Shown: positions 32,515-43,360 of the stretch, piece after piece | Layout: each line of letters begins with the position of its first letter | Numbering within the stretch: the stretch's first letter is position 1 | Assembly: GCA_051599415.1 (NCBI GenBank) | Contig: AP039697.1 | Location: 186,001 to 250,000, forward strand | From: Savitreella phatthalungensis | Lineage: Eukaryota | Direction: 5' to 3' | DNA: 64,000 nucleotides | Translations under genes and position numbers: made by a program | The notes under the pieces: generated by a model | Told to the model about the DNA's origin: nothing | Seen by the model: only the letters and a program-made list of their open reading frames with translations | Database searches by the model: none

Positions 32515-33774
32515 ATGGCCGATTCATGGACGCCGGTGTCTGTGACCTGCTCTCAGGCTTCTACGACGGAGTCGTATACGTACACTTCTGCGATTCCTGC
32601 GGATTTGCTAGTGCCTTGTGGCGGGGTTGGGACGTGTGAGTCTGAGGTGGTGATGGGTATTGACGAGGCTGGCCGTGGACCTGTGCTTGGACCTATGGTT
32701 TATGGCGTTGCGTTCTACCGGCGTTCTGGCGTGGAGGCTGCTGTGAAGGAGGCTGGATTTATGGACTCGAAGGTGTTGTCTCACGAGACGCGGGTGTCGC
32801 TGGTGAAGCGGATGACGTCCGGATGTGAGGACGACGTTCTCGCGGGTTCTGTCGGTTGGAGTGTGAGGGTGATGTCGGCACGGGATATTTCGAGTGGGAT
32901 GCTGCGACCGAGGATGCCTGTAAACTTGAACACGCAGGCGTTCGAGGCCACGTGCATGCTCGTCCGCGGCGTGCTCGAGGCCGGTGTGCAGGTGACGCAC
33001 GTGTACGTGGATACGGTCGGACCGCCCGAGAGCTACGAGGCTAGGTTGTCTCGCGAGTTTCCGACGCTCGTGTGGAAGGTGGCGAAGAAGGCAGACGCTC
33101 TGTATCCCTGCGTTTCCGCCGCTAGTGTGGTCGCCAAAGTCACAAGGGACTATGCCCTCGCTCGCGCCTTTGCTGAGATGACAAAGACAGCGTCGAGACC
33201 TGCTTCCGAGCTCGCTGCAGCTAGCGCACCCACACCCGAATTGCTCAAGGCAGAGTCTGCCGTGCTTGCCACCGAAATTCCTGAGGGAGAAGAGGATCTT
33301 GTCCTACGAAGTCCCGGCGGCGGTGCCGTGATCGAGACGGTCGAGAAGGCGGAAGAAATGGCAGGTTGGGGATCTGGATACCCTGGCGATCCGGCAACAA
33401 AGGCTTTCTTGATAGGCAATAAGGACAAGGTGTTTGGATGGCCGATGACCGGAACTGTGCGGTATGCTTGGGCGACTGCTAGAGATATGCTCCAGCCACC
33501 GGGAAGTTCATCGAATGCGGGTACGAAGCGGTCGCGCGGGGCGGCTGTTGGTGGTAGAAAGGCTGCTTCGGGAGGACAGGACGAAATTGTCACCATCGAT
33601 TGGTTTGACGAGGTCGATGATGACGAGGAGGCTAACGACTCACAACAACAAAGTCTTTCAAGTTATTTCGGAGGGTCGGAAACATCCGCGGCAGAAGATC
33701 CTGCAGGCTCGACCGACGCTGTTTTCGACATATACAAAACTGTTGGACGATCCGTTGGTGTCGCTGCGTTCTAG
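32515..33774 (+). CDS. RNH201: Ribonuclease H2 catalytic subunit A
   Basis: GIDEAGRGPVLGPMVY, DSKVL, VYVDTVG, KKADALYPCVSAASVVAKVTRD, GSGYPGDP.T. Confidence 0.96.
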   Translation: MADSWTPVSVTCSQASTTESYTYTSAIPADLLVPCGGVGTCESEVVMGIDEAGRGPVLGPMVYGVAFYRRSGVEAAVKEAGFMDSKVLSHETRVSLVKRMTSGCEDDVLAGSVGWSVRVMSARDISSGMLRPRMPVNLNTQAFEATCMLVRGVLEAGVQVTHVYVDTVGPPESYEARLSREFPTLVWKVAKKADALYPCVSAASVVAKVTRDYALARAFAEMTKTASRPASELAAASAPTPELLKAESAVLATEIPEGEEDLVLRSPGGGAVIETVEKAEEMAGWGSGYPGDPATKAFLIGNKDKVFGWPMTGTVRYAWATARDMLQPPGSSSNAGTKRSRGAAVGGRKAASGGQDEIVTIDWFDEVDDDEEANDSQQQSLSSYFGGSETSAAEDPAGSTDAVFDIYKTVGRSVGVAAF

Positions 33775-33886
33775 GAATGACTGATATAAAATGTATAGAT
33801 ATACGTACGTATGACTTCGATAAGAGAGTTGGAAGGGCAATGCATTCGCTTTATGGACAGGAAGGTGGTTGACAGGTGGTCATGGT

Positions 33887-35263
33887 CTAGTTGGGAAGGA
33901 CGTTTGAGCGGAAGTAGGAGGCTGCGTCGCCTGATGTAGAGACGACGTTGCCTGGTGCTTGCCATCTGCAGACGAGGTAGTATGGATACTGACCTGGGCA
34001 GCCTGAGGTGAATCCGCAGCCTACCTGGGAGGTCGTTTGCCAGACCATCTGTGTGAAGTGTCCTGTGTCCTTTGAGAATCCCGGGTTGTTGTAGTCGTAC
34101 AGGGATGCCTCCTGTGCCCATAGGGACGTGTACCACGCTGGGTCAGAGGTCGAGCCTGCTGCCAGGGTCTCGCCAAACTTGGAAGCATCGTCTGCTGGTT
34201 GCGGTGCGTGGTCGAAGTTGCAGGTCTGTGCGTAGGCGAGCGCGTCCGCTGCAAGCTGCGTGTTCCAGGTGACGAAGGGAGAGGAGTGCTGCGATCGGAC
34301 GCTGTTGACGGCGTACAGAATCTGATTCTGGAACGATGCATCGTTCGACAAGGCAATTGACGAAGTGGCAGCTGGAGCAGTAGTAGTCGAGGAACATGAG
34401 GAAAAGGTGGTAGTCGAGACCGTGGTCACAGCTGCGGCAGCAGAGCTGGAAGTCTGACCAGCAGACTGTGACAGAGTCGCTTGATCGGAGCTGATCGTGG
34501 TGGCGATGCCGGTCACAGTAGTCTGAGTGGCCGGCTTGATCGTTGGCACGGTGGACGATGACAGCGTGACCGGCGTGCTCGTACTGGCCGCGGTTACGGG
34601 AGTGGTGTTGGGGCTGGTTGTGGCAGTCTGAGTAGAGCTGGCGGTCAACGGTGCCGTCTGAACGGCTGTGGTCTGGGCGACAGCGGATGTGGTCGAGGAG
34701 GAAGCCACAGCGACAACGCCGGTCTGTAAAGGTTCGTAGTATGTGAGCGTCTGGACAGGGACTGTGACGACTGCGTTGCCAACATTGACGAGGACGGCGG
34801 GCAGCGTTGCTGTAGCGAGCTGGTAGCCTGCCGTGCTAGCGGGGACAGAGGCCGGGTTGATGGTATTTGTGATGGTCGTGGTGGCAGGTGGAGCATTTCC
34901 GTCTGTCGGTGTGACCTTTGCCACCTGAGTGACCGTCTGCGTGTAGACTGTGGGGACGGCAAAGACGGTACGTGCAGAGGAGTACGTGTACTGCGCCGAG
35001 ATGACATCGACGATGACCTGTGTCTGGATGGCGGCTGCAGCGACGACTGCTGATGGTGCAGGTGCGCCGTCGACTGTCATGGTGATGTAGTTGTAGACCG
35101 TCTTGAAGCCGACGGTGTTGTACTGAGTTACAACGGCTGGCGCGGCAGTGACATACTCGACCACCTGGCGCTTGGCCTTGGGCGTGTCATCAGCGGCAGG
35201 ACGTGGTGCGGCCAGCGCAACAGTCGCCAGACAGGCGATCAAGGGTAGCTTGTTGATGAACAT
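33887..35263 (-). CDS. Secreted CAP/SCP (PR-1/Pry-like) protein with long Thr/Ala-rich region
   Basis: Signal peptide MFINKLPLIACLATVALA, then a KR site; C-terminal CAP motifs GETLA, GHFTQMVW..T..VGCG, YLVC.W..PGNV. Confidence 0.92.
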   Translation of the reverse strand: MFINKLPLIACLATVALAAPRPAADDTPKAKRQVVEYVTAAPAVVTQYNTVGFKTVYNYITMTVDGAPAPSAVVAAAAIQTQVIVDVISAQYTYSSARTVFAVPTVYTQTVTQVAKVTPTDGNAPPATTTITNTINPASVPASTAGYQLATATLPAVLVNVGNAVVTVPVQTLTYYEPLQTGVVAVASSSTTSAVAQTTAVQTAPLTASSTQTATTSPNTTPVTAASTSTPVTLSSSTVPTIKPATQTTVTGIATTISSDQATLSQSAGQTSSSAAAAVTTVSTTTFSSCSSTTTAPAATSSIALSNDASFQNQILYAVNSVRSQHSSPFVTWNTQLAADALAYAQTCNFDHAPQPADDASKFGETLAAGSTSDPAWYTSLWAQEASLYDYNNPGFSKDTGHFTQMVWQTTSQVGCGFTSGCPGQYPYYLVCRWQAPGNVVSTSGDAASYFRSNVLPN

Positions 35264-37119
35264 GGCTTTGCTGCTGTGGAGAGAAAGAGTGCAAAAGGGA
35301 GAGAGCGTGGAGGCGAATCGGCGCGATAGAGAGTGATGCGCACAAGCCTGTCGTTGAGAGAGCAATGATCAAAGAACACTTCACGGGCGAGTTGGACGTC
35401 CCTTGTGAAGGTCTGGATGTTCAAGTCGAGTACGACGATGGTTGGTGATACGTATGTCTTGTCGAGGAGTGATGAAAAATGGTCTTTGAGGGCATGATGG
35501 AAGTGATATAGGTCGTTGGTGTGGGTGAGGAAGGGTACCATGGCGAAGGAGGCAGTGCTTGGCATTGGTTGTAAGAGTGCTGGATGGGGATCGGAAGGAC
35601 GAAGCTAAGGTACAGAGGGTCGAGATGGGAACGAAGTGGACAATCACGGCATGGACCGAGGGCACGGAAGAGGGAGTTAGGGAAGATGGAGACTTGAATG
35701 AGATGGATGAAGATGGTGATGATGACCGAAGAAGGAAAGTGGTTGATCGACTTTGTGCATGTGCATATGTGCGGACGAAGGAGGCAAACGGTCATGACTT
35801 GCACATGTGAGTTATGTGGAATCAGATGTGGATGTGATGACCGTTTGACTTGTTCGTCTGATATTCCCCTTGAGCTTAGAGAGTCTGTCTATGCTGTAAG
35901 ACTGAAGAAGAATAGACTGACTATAGCTGTTTTGGGATTGGGTTTAAAGAAGGAGAGAGTGTTGCCTACTGCTTCGTAAGTGTTTGAACTCAGTGTGTGG
36001 TTGTTTGTGTGTGTGTGTGGGTGAGGGTGTGTTAGTGGAAGGAAGATGCCTGTTGTGGAGTGTTTGTGCATGTTGTTTCTGTTGATGGTGCTGAATTCAG
36101 ATTCTTCCGTGCATGGAAGCTTTTCTCAAAATTGAATTTTAAATCCACATTAAGTGGTTAGTGCCAGCCACCAAATCTACATTCAATCAATTGAGATACT
36201 CAACTTAAACTATATATATTCATTGTACACAGCTGTCGAATTGACCATATCCGAATGAGTCAAACAATTAATTGGCTATCGCTAGCTAGCCAGCCATCCT
36301 CCCACACAAAACAAACATCCCATCCTAATACACCTGCATTGCATTTTACGTCATTGGATACAGGCTCACCATCACCATATAGTGAGAAACCAAGAGTCAC
36401 AAATCACACAATCATCCAGATGACAGTGGTACTATTCTTATGCGTCATACTCCTGATTGACTCTGCATCTCAAAAGGCGATTCTCAGCTGCGTTGAGATT
36501 TTGGAGTCCTGAGGACACGGGTGGTGAGACTTGTGAAAGATGCCTATAGTGTACGTATGTAGCACGAATTTGTCGTGGCATTGTGGCAAGAGATGAGCGC
36601 AAGTCAAGATCCACGACTCCTTGACCGACAATGACTGCATAATCTCGGATCGCGTTTGCCGACATGATGCAAATCCTGCTTGCTCACGCGTGACTTGTGC
36701 AGGTACATCGGGTAGGAAGCAGGTTCCGTGCAAGACAGACATAGCAGCGTTGCGCCGTCATCGGCTCTCTACTAGAGACTAAGATGACACAACGAAATAG
36801 TTTGACCTGCAAGAGTCAAATGAGCGGATGAATGATACACGACAAGTGTTGACACTTCGATTTGTGCTGGCTTCGTAATGGTATTCGTGGGCGGGAAAAC
36901 TGATACGCTGGACTTTGCTGGCTAGACTAGGTGAAGGTGAAATGGAGAAGGAGAAATGGAGCAGAGTAAGAGAAGATCTGAGGGGAAGAGAACGAGTTGC
37001 GGAGAGTGATTGGTACACGCCGTTGCTGCTGCTGCACAACACAACAACAGAGAATTGCTTCGGGTTTGTGACTGAGCTTGTGATTGAGTGGAGGGATTCA
37101 AGGCCATTGAGATAGTCGA

Positions 37120-37758
<639 letters not shown>

Positions 37759-38019
37759 GATGAAGAACGACGTTGTGATGGGATTCTGCTGAAGCGTGGG
37801 TGTCGAAGAAGGTCTTGGTATGGATGTGGTGAATGTTGTCTCGGGTGATCGCCGCTGATTCAGTGGAGATACGCGCAGTTGAAGTGTGCTGTCGCTAGAT
37901 TGTGGCTGAGTGTGCGCGATCTTGATTAAATGGCCTGGTTGATTCTGGTGTGCGTGTAGACGATTTGACAAGCGCTTATGCTGTGGTTCGTGATGCGCAA
38001 GGGTGTGTACGTACGTGCG

Positions 38020-38072
38020 CGCCTGTGTGTGTATGAGTGAGTGTGTGTGCGTGTGTGTGTGTAGAGTGCGTG
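38020..38072 (+). repeat. Imperfect (TG)n tract upstream of ATG8
   Basis: Read directly from the sequence. Confidence 0.7.
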
Positions 38073-38277
38073 TATTAGTGACTCTGGATAGCCGGAGTGG
38101 AGAAGCGTATCTAGGTAAATCTATTTCTGGGTGTGTTCAGTACAGACAGTACAGTAGAGTGCGTAGGTAGGTAGAGTACAGTATATGGATGGATGGATGG
38201 ATTGCGTGTAGTAATGAGGTGATTCAGTCTAGGAGATTGATCCGGATTGATCAAACGCGTCTCTGGTTTGTCCTATA

Positions 38278-40197
38278 AAGTCGAAACACCTAATATTGAT
38301 CACCTTTAACTTCGCGCAGAAAATAAAGACGCGTCGAACACGTCACCACCTACCTTCAACACATCCTACTGCCTCTCCTAGCGCCTATGGACGCGCTCTG
38401 CCGTGAGGCCTGCCTCCAGGCAGCCTTGAACCACTACGCTGCTCGAAGAGACGGCAAAAAACCGTCTCTCCGTGATGCTGCAGCAGAATACAGCGTTTCA
38501 CCCTCTACTTTAAGGCATCGGCTGCAGAATGGCAATAGGACTGCCTCAGAGGCCGCCAGAGAGCGCCAAAAGCTGACAGAAACACAGGAGAAGGCCATAG
38601 TAGAGATGCTGCACAGAAGGGCTGCAGTAGGCTATCCTATGACTCCTATGGAGGTCACCAACCTAGCAGATAAGTTTTTCGAATCTCGCGGCAGCACAGT
38701 GCACCTCGGAATGCGCTGGTTTCCTTCCTTCAAATTACGCCATCCTGACATCCACACAGTGCGCAGCAATCGCATCGACCACAGCCGCATGTACGCGGTG
38801 GATTCAGCCACTGTGGACGCCTATTTCAAGATCCTAGGCGCCTATCTTCGAGAGGAAGCGATCCTGCCTGAGGATATCTGGAATGCTGACAAATCTGGCC
38901 TCATGATGGGCCGTTCCCAGTCCTCCCAGGTGGTGATTCCGCTGCAGCAGAAGGGTAAGAAGCGCGCTGTGGCAGCAGACAATGGAGATCGCGAAACAGT
39001 CAGCTGCATGGCCTGCATTTCTGCTGCAGGTGCTCATTTACAGCCAGTTCTGGTGTTCAGGCGGTCCGAGGCGAAGAGGCAGGCCTGTGGTAAGGCTGTG
39101 GAGGCAGGGCTGGCGCCTCCTGATGAGGCGAAGTACCTAGGCACGCCTGGAAACGCTGTACGCGTGTTTCACTCGAAAAACGGCTTCCTCACGTCCCAGT
39201 TAATCGTCCAGTGGCTACAGGAGGTCTTCCTGCCTGCCACAGCGCGAGATCCACCGAGGACGCGCGTCCTAGTGATCGATGGCGCCTGCGCCCACGCCAC
39301 CCACGAGGTCATGTACGAATGCGCGAAAAATGGCGTCAAACTTGTCTACCTGCCTGCTCACAGCTCCCACCTCACACAGCCGCTCGACCTAGCTGTATTC
39401 TCGCCTCTGAAGAACTACTATGGGCAGGCAGTAAGGGTTCTTAGCCACAGGCTAGCAGGCAGGCCCTGGGGACGCGAAGAATTCATCTCGATCTTTCTAG
39501 GCGCCTGGGGCAAGGCGCTGACGCGGCAGAACATCACCTCAGGCTTCAGGCAAGGCGGTATCTGGCCCTATGATCCACAGGCAGTGCGCCGAAGCCTGCT
39601 CTCTTACAACAATTCAGTCGAATCTGCCTCGGAAGCTGCGAAAAGGCCAGAAAGGCCTGCCTTGGCCACCCTGACCACCAATGCAGCCAATACACTGCCT
39701 AAATCGGTCAAAGCGACACGCGCGACACTGCAGGCAGCTGGAAAAGAGAGATACGAGGTGCTAGAGCTAGCACTCGCAGAGAATGCGCGAAAAGATCGCC
39801 TCATTGATGAACTGAAGACTGCTGCAGAACAGCTCCAGTTCATGATCGCCGATAGGGACGAGACTATAGCAGCCCTGCAGGCCAAGGCCTCGCGTCCTAG
39901 GGCAGCCTTCAAGGCACAGCAGCTGGCTAGAGGAGTGGACTGGCTAAAAGGCTTACTCGGCGAAGACTACACAGATATGAGGTGGCACTGGATTGCAGCG
40001 AAGGCGAGGGCTGCTAAAATCGAGCCTAGAGCATGGATAGAGGCACAGGACCAAGCTACCTTACTTTCAGAGCTAGCGCTGGTGATTCCATCGAATAGCG
40101 AGCAATCTACGGAGAAGGTGCCTTCGAAGAGGCGACAAAAAAAACGTGTGTGAAATTGATTAATCTTAAAGGTGATCAATTCTAGGTGTAGCGACTT
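38278..40197 (+). mobile_element. Full-length pogo/Fot1-type (Tc1/mariner superfamily) DNA transposon, 1920 bp
   Basis: Left TIR 38278-38309 AAGTCGAAACACCTAATATTGATCACCTTTAA; right TIR 40166-40197 (rc AAGTCGCTACACCTAGAATTGATCACCTTTAA); 28/32 identical. Flanked by TA at 38276-38277 and 40198-40199. Single transposase ORF. Confidence 0.95.
38387..40153 (+). CDS. pogo/Fot1 transposase (HTH-psq, CENP-B-type HTH, DDE_1 catalytic domain, DD35D)
   Basis: SLRDAAAEYSVSPSTLRHRL; WFPSFKLRHP; IWNADKSG; LVIDG..H; LPAHSSHLTQPLD, with 35 residues between the second and third Asp. Confidence 0.95.
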   Translation: MDALCREACLQAALNHYAARRDGKKPSLRDAAAEYSVSPSTLRHRLQNGNRTASEAARERQKLTETQEKAIVEMLHRRAAVGYPMTPMEVTNLADKFFESRGSTVHLGMRWFPSFKLRHPDIHTVRSNRIDHSRMYAVDSATVDAYFKILGAYLREEAILPEDIWNADKSGLMMGRSQSSQVVIPLQQKGKKRAVAADNGDRETVSCMACISAAGAHLQPVLVFRRSEAKRQACGKAVEAGLAPPDEAKYLGTPGNAVRVFHSKNGFLTSQLIVQWLQEVFLPATARDPPRTRVLVIDGACAHATHEVMYECAKNGVKLVYLPAHSSHLTQPLDLAVFSPLKNYYGQAVRVLSHRLAGRPWGREEFISIFLGAWGKALTRQNITSGFRQGGIWPYDPQAVRRSLLSYNNSVESASEAAKRPERPALATLTTNAANTLPKSVKATRATLQAAGKERYEVLELALAENARKDRLIDELKTAAEQLQFMIADRDETIAALQAKASRPRAAFKAQQLARGVDWLKGLLGEDYTDMRWHWIAAKARAAKIEPRAWIEAQDQATLLSELALVIPSNSEQSTEKVPSKRRQKKRV

Positions 40198-40840
40198 TAG
40201 ATTTTACTTACCACTTGGATCTACTCTGTCAATATCGATGATAAGCCAACGCGTATCTAGCCTGGATAACATTCAGATCAAAAACCCAAAGATTCATCAC
40301 ATCCAACCTTGATCTGGGTGTCTGTTTTGAAACGCTCACGAGACCTGGACTCAGTCTGGCTCTAGTCAGGTTTGGGCATTTCAAATCGAGGATCTCCAGA
40401 TCTCTGACTGGAGGAGGTTTAAATCTATATTGACTCTAAGCTCGTTCTCAGATCATCACTCCAGCTTTACACTCTCGCCCCGCCCAAATCAGAACATCAT
40501 CACCTCTTCCTTTATGATCATGACGCTATCGATTCTGAGTTACACACAACCCGTTTAAGCAGTCCGGATGCAGCTGTGACTCCTCATCTCTGCACGATTG
40601 AGGTCATGTGTCGCAGGGAGGGTATGAGTGATCCTTCATATACTGCATCAGCCGTGCCATGCAGACTTTCAATCGATGCAATTGATGAATGGAATCAAAG
40701 ACATACCTGCACCTCGGCAGCCTCACGTGTACACACTCATGTTCTGGTCGATTGCTCTGCTGCCACACCGAGTGAAAATCGTTGTATAGTCCTTCATAAC
40801 TATTTTGACCTGACTTGGTGAGTCGCTTGCTCCTCCCATT

Positions 40841-42724
40841 CTACAAAAGACCACTGGAGATGGTAAGGAGCGATTCTTCTGCGAGTTCCGTCTTGAACGT
40901 TTCTCTTTTGGTGTCGAGTGCTGCTAGATGGTATGCATTGATGGCTTGCTGGGTTAGATGTCTTCGCTTGAGTTCGATCGCGTCTGCGGCATCGCACTCC
41001 CGACGCATCTCCACAAGTTGCCGCTCGAGCTCGACCATGGCTGAAGGGATGTGTGGTCGACGGACGCCCGCGCCGTCCCATCTGCTGTTGTCGGAATGAC
41101 CTGTGGAGGTGCTGCCATTTGTGAGTCCTCCTGCGAGAGCACCATTAGCATTACCAGCGGTCATGCCTTCCTCTGGAGGTGGAGGCGATACTCTGCCATG
41201 TGCATGTGAGTGGCTGTGCATTTGCCCGTTCACGTGATCCCGGTCGGAACTCGACCTGTGTAAATGCGACACAGGTTGTCTTCTGCCTGAACTAGGTCCT
41301 GTCGGTGGACCGCCACTCGGGCCAAGAGGTGTACCCTTATTCGCGTGGCCAGTCGAGTCTGACCGGCTGGGTCCACTGGGCTTCGCTCGCCAATTTTCGC
41401 TAGATGACCCTGTTGCCGCGCCGCCGCCGCCGCCGCCGGCAGAGGTCGTATGAGGTCCGCTGCCACTGCTGCTGCCCCGATGAGATGCTGGCCCAGTCGG
41501 CAGAGATGACGAGTCTCTGCTGTGGTCTCTCTTGATAGGACCATCGTCGTGGTGGCGAGAGCTGGAAGACTCGTTCCTGACGATGCTTGGCCTGCTGCCG
41601 GCAGACCTCGAGCCACCATGATCCTGCTCGTGAGCGCTAGAACTGTGTCCAGGTGGACTGCTGCGAGCTTCATCGCCGTGACTCGACGGATGGTGAGCGC
41701 GGACGGATGTGCCAATCTGCCTAGGCGCTTCCATACGTGCAGCATACATCGCACGATCCCGCTCCTCTCGCGCTTTCAAGTTCGCCTTGTACTCTGCTGC
41801 CGCTCGTTCCCCACTGACTCGCCTCTCGTCATGACGCGTTGAGCCTCCGTGGTAACCCCCTGCTCCACCGTCGCGATCGCGACGTGACGGCGGACTTCTC
41901 GAACGTGAGTAACCTCGCCTAGATGCTGGCTGCGACCTGTCGCGCGACCGCTCTCCTGATCTGGCCCTACTGCTACTGCGTCCACCCACAGTGCTTTCAC
42001 CTGATACTCTGCGTGTGCTTCGAGGTCCATCATAGGCTCTCTCGTGGTTGGATATGGGGGAGGTACTCCCGCCGCTTTTCGCCTTCAGGGCAGCCTTGTA
42101 TGCTGCTGCCGCTCGCTCGCTTGCCAGTCTCTGCAAGTCGGCCTTCGTGTTTGCATCGTGGACGGTCGGCGTACCGAACCGTGGCCCGGCCTTGGCCGAA
42201 CGTGATAAAGCCTCGAGATCTCTGCCTGTCGGCCGTGCATCTAGACTACCACTCCGGCGGCTGGACGTATCACTGCCTGGCGCTGCCGCACTGCTACTGG
42301 TCACGTGCGCAGGTGGATCACGTTCTGGCTCACGGTCGCGATCCTTTGCATTTGATGGTGGATGTGCGGATCCACGAGGACCTCGATAGCTATCGCGTTC
42401 CCGATCCCGGTCGCTCGGGTATTCGTCATAGCTCGGCGGTCGGCGATACATGGGCGGAGACCTACTCCGCCGTCTTCCTGACCCATAAGGTCTGCTATAA
42501 TAGGAGTCATCGTTCGAGCGGCTGTAGTTGTTGTCGTTGCGGTATGATGAAGGGTTGTATCGATCATCTCGACGATCGTCCCCATTCAGACGTCTGGAAG
42601 ATGATGATGGTCCTGCTGTATCGGAATCTCTGTACATATCGCTGCCGTAGGGTGCGCGCAGCCTCTGTTCTTCCTCACGCGACCGCGAAGGACCGGCAGG
42701 ACGTTCTTCTCTGCTCATGACCAC
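40841..42724 (-). CDS. Arg/Ser/Gly-rich low-complexity protein with C-terminal coiled coil
   Basis: 627 aa; RSRSPP motifs; C-terminal helix LERQLVEMRRE...KRETFKTELAEESL. Confidence 0.75.
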   Translation of the reverse strand: MVMSREERPAGPSRSREEEQRLRAPYGSDMYRDSDTAGPSSSSRRLNGDDRRDDRYNPSSYRNDNNYSRSNDDSYYSRPYGSGRRRSRSPPMYRRPPSYDEYPSDRDRERDSYRGPRGSAHPPSNAKDRDREPERDPPAHVTSSSAAAPGSDTSSRRSGSLDARPTGRDLEALSRSAKAGPRFGTPTVHDANTKADLQRLASERAAAAYKAALKAKSGGSTSPISNHERAYDGPRSTRRVSGESTVGGRSSSRARSGERSRDRSQPASRRGYSRSRSPPSRRDRDGGAGGYHGGSTRHDERRVSGERAAAEYKANLKAREERDRAMYAARMEAPRQIGTSVRAHHPSSHGDEARSSPPGHSSSAHEQDHGGSRSAGSRPSIVRNESSSSRHHDDGPIKRDHSRDSSSLPTGPASHRGSSSGSGPHTTSAGGGGGGAATGSSSENWRAKPSGPSRSDSTGHANKGTPLGPSGGPPTGPSSGRRQPVSHLHRSSSDRDHVNGQMHSHSHAHGRVSPPPPEEGMTAGNANGALAGGLTNGSTSTGHSDNSRWDGAGVRRPHIPSAMVELERQLVEMRRECDAADAIELKRRHLTQQAINAYHLAALDTKRETFKTELAEESLLTISSGLL

Positions 42725-43360
42725 ATCTGAATGAGCACGAGAAAGAGCGCCAGGGCAATATCAACAGTAGATGCTAAATCGAGGTCAAGGGAGAGCCGAT
42801 GACTTGCACGACTAACTCAGTCTGGAGCCGCAAGACTTGGTGATGAAGTAGTTGTGTTGTTTAGGTACAGTGTGTGGATGTATGGTGCATGTTGTCCTGA
42901 CAAAAAGAATAAAGTCTTACTCCATTGAACTAGATGCACGCACGTGTATGCTCAGTCAATTCAATTCCCCGTGCACTGCATAAATAACTGCCTATATGAC
43001 CCCAAGTGCATACAATGAGCACTTTATTTATTGTTGATATGCAGAATTAATTCCATAGGCAAATTCTTGTCTTCAAATTTCTTAAAGTTTACATATTTCC
43101 AAGTGTCAGAGATGCTGACCTCTATCTATCACTCGATCTTTCACTCTATGCACATGACCGTTTAGATAGAACACACGGCCTGTCACGGATGCACGCAGGT
43201 AAGAGGTGAGTAGCAGGAGCTCATCAGGTAGCAACTACTCTTGCCCTGTTTCTCCCTGTTATGATAACATTCTCCAACAGTCGTCCCTGATCATTTCCAT
43301 ATTGCTGAAAGAACCCGGTTTGCTGGCTGGTCGATTTGTCTCGAGTCATTCTGGACGTTC

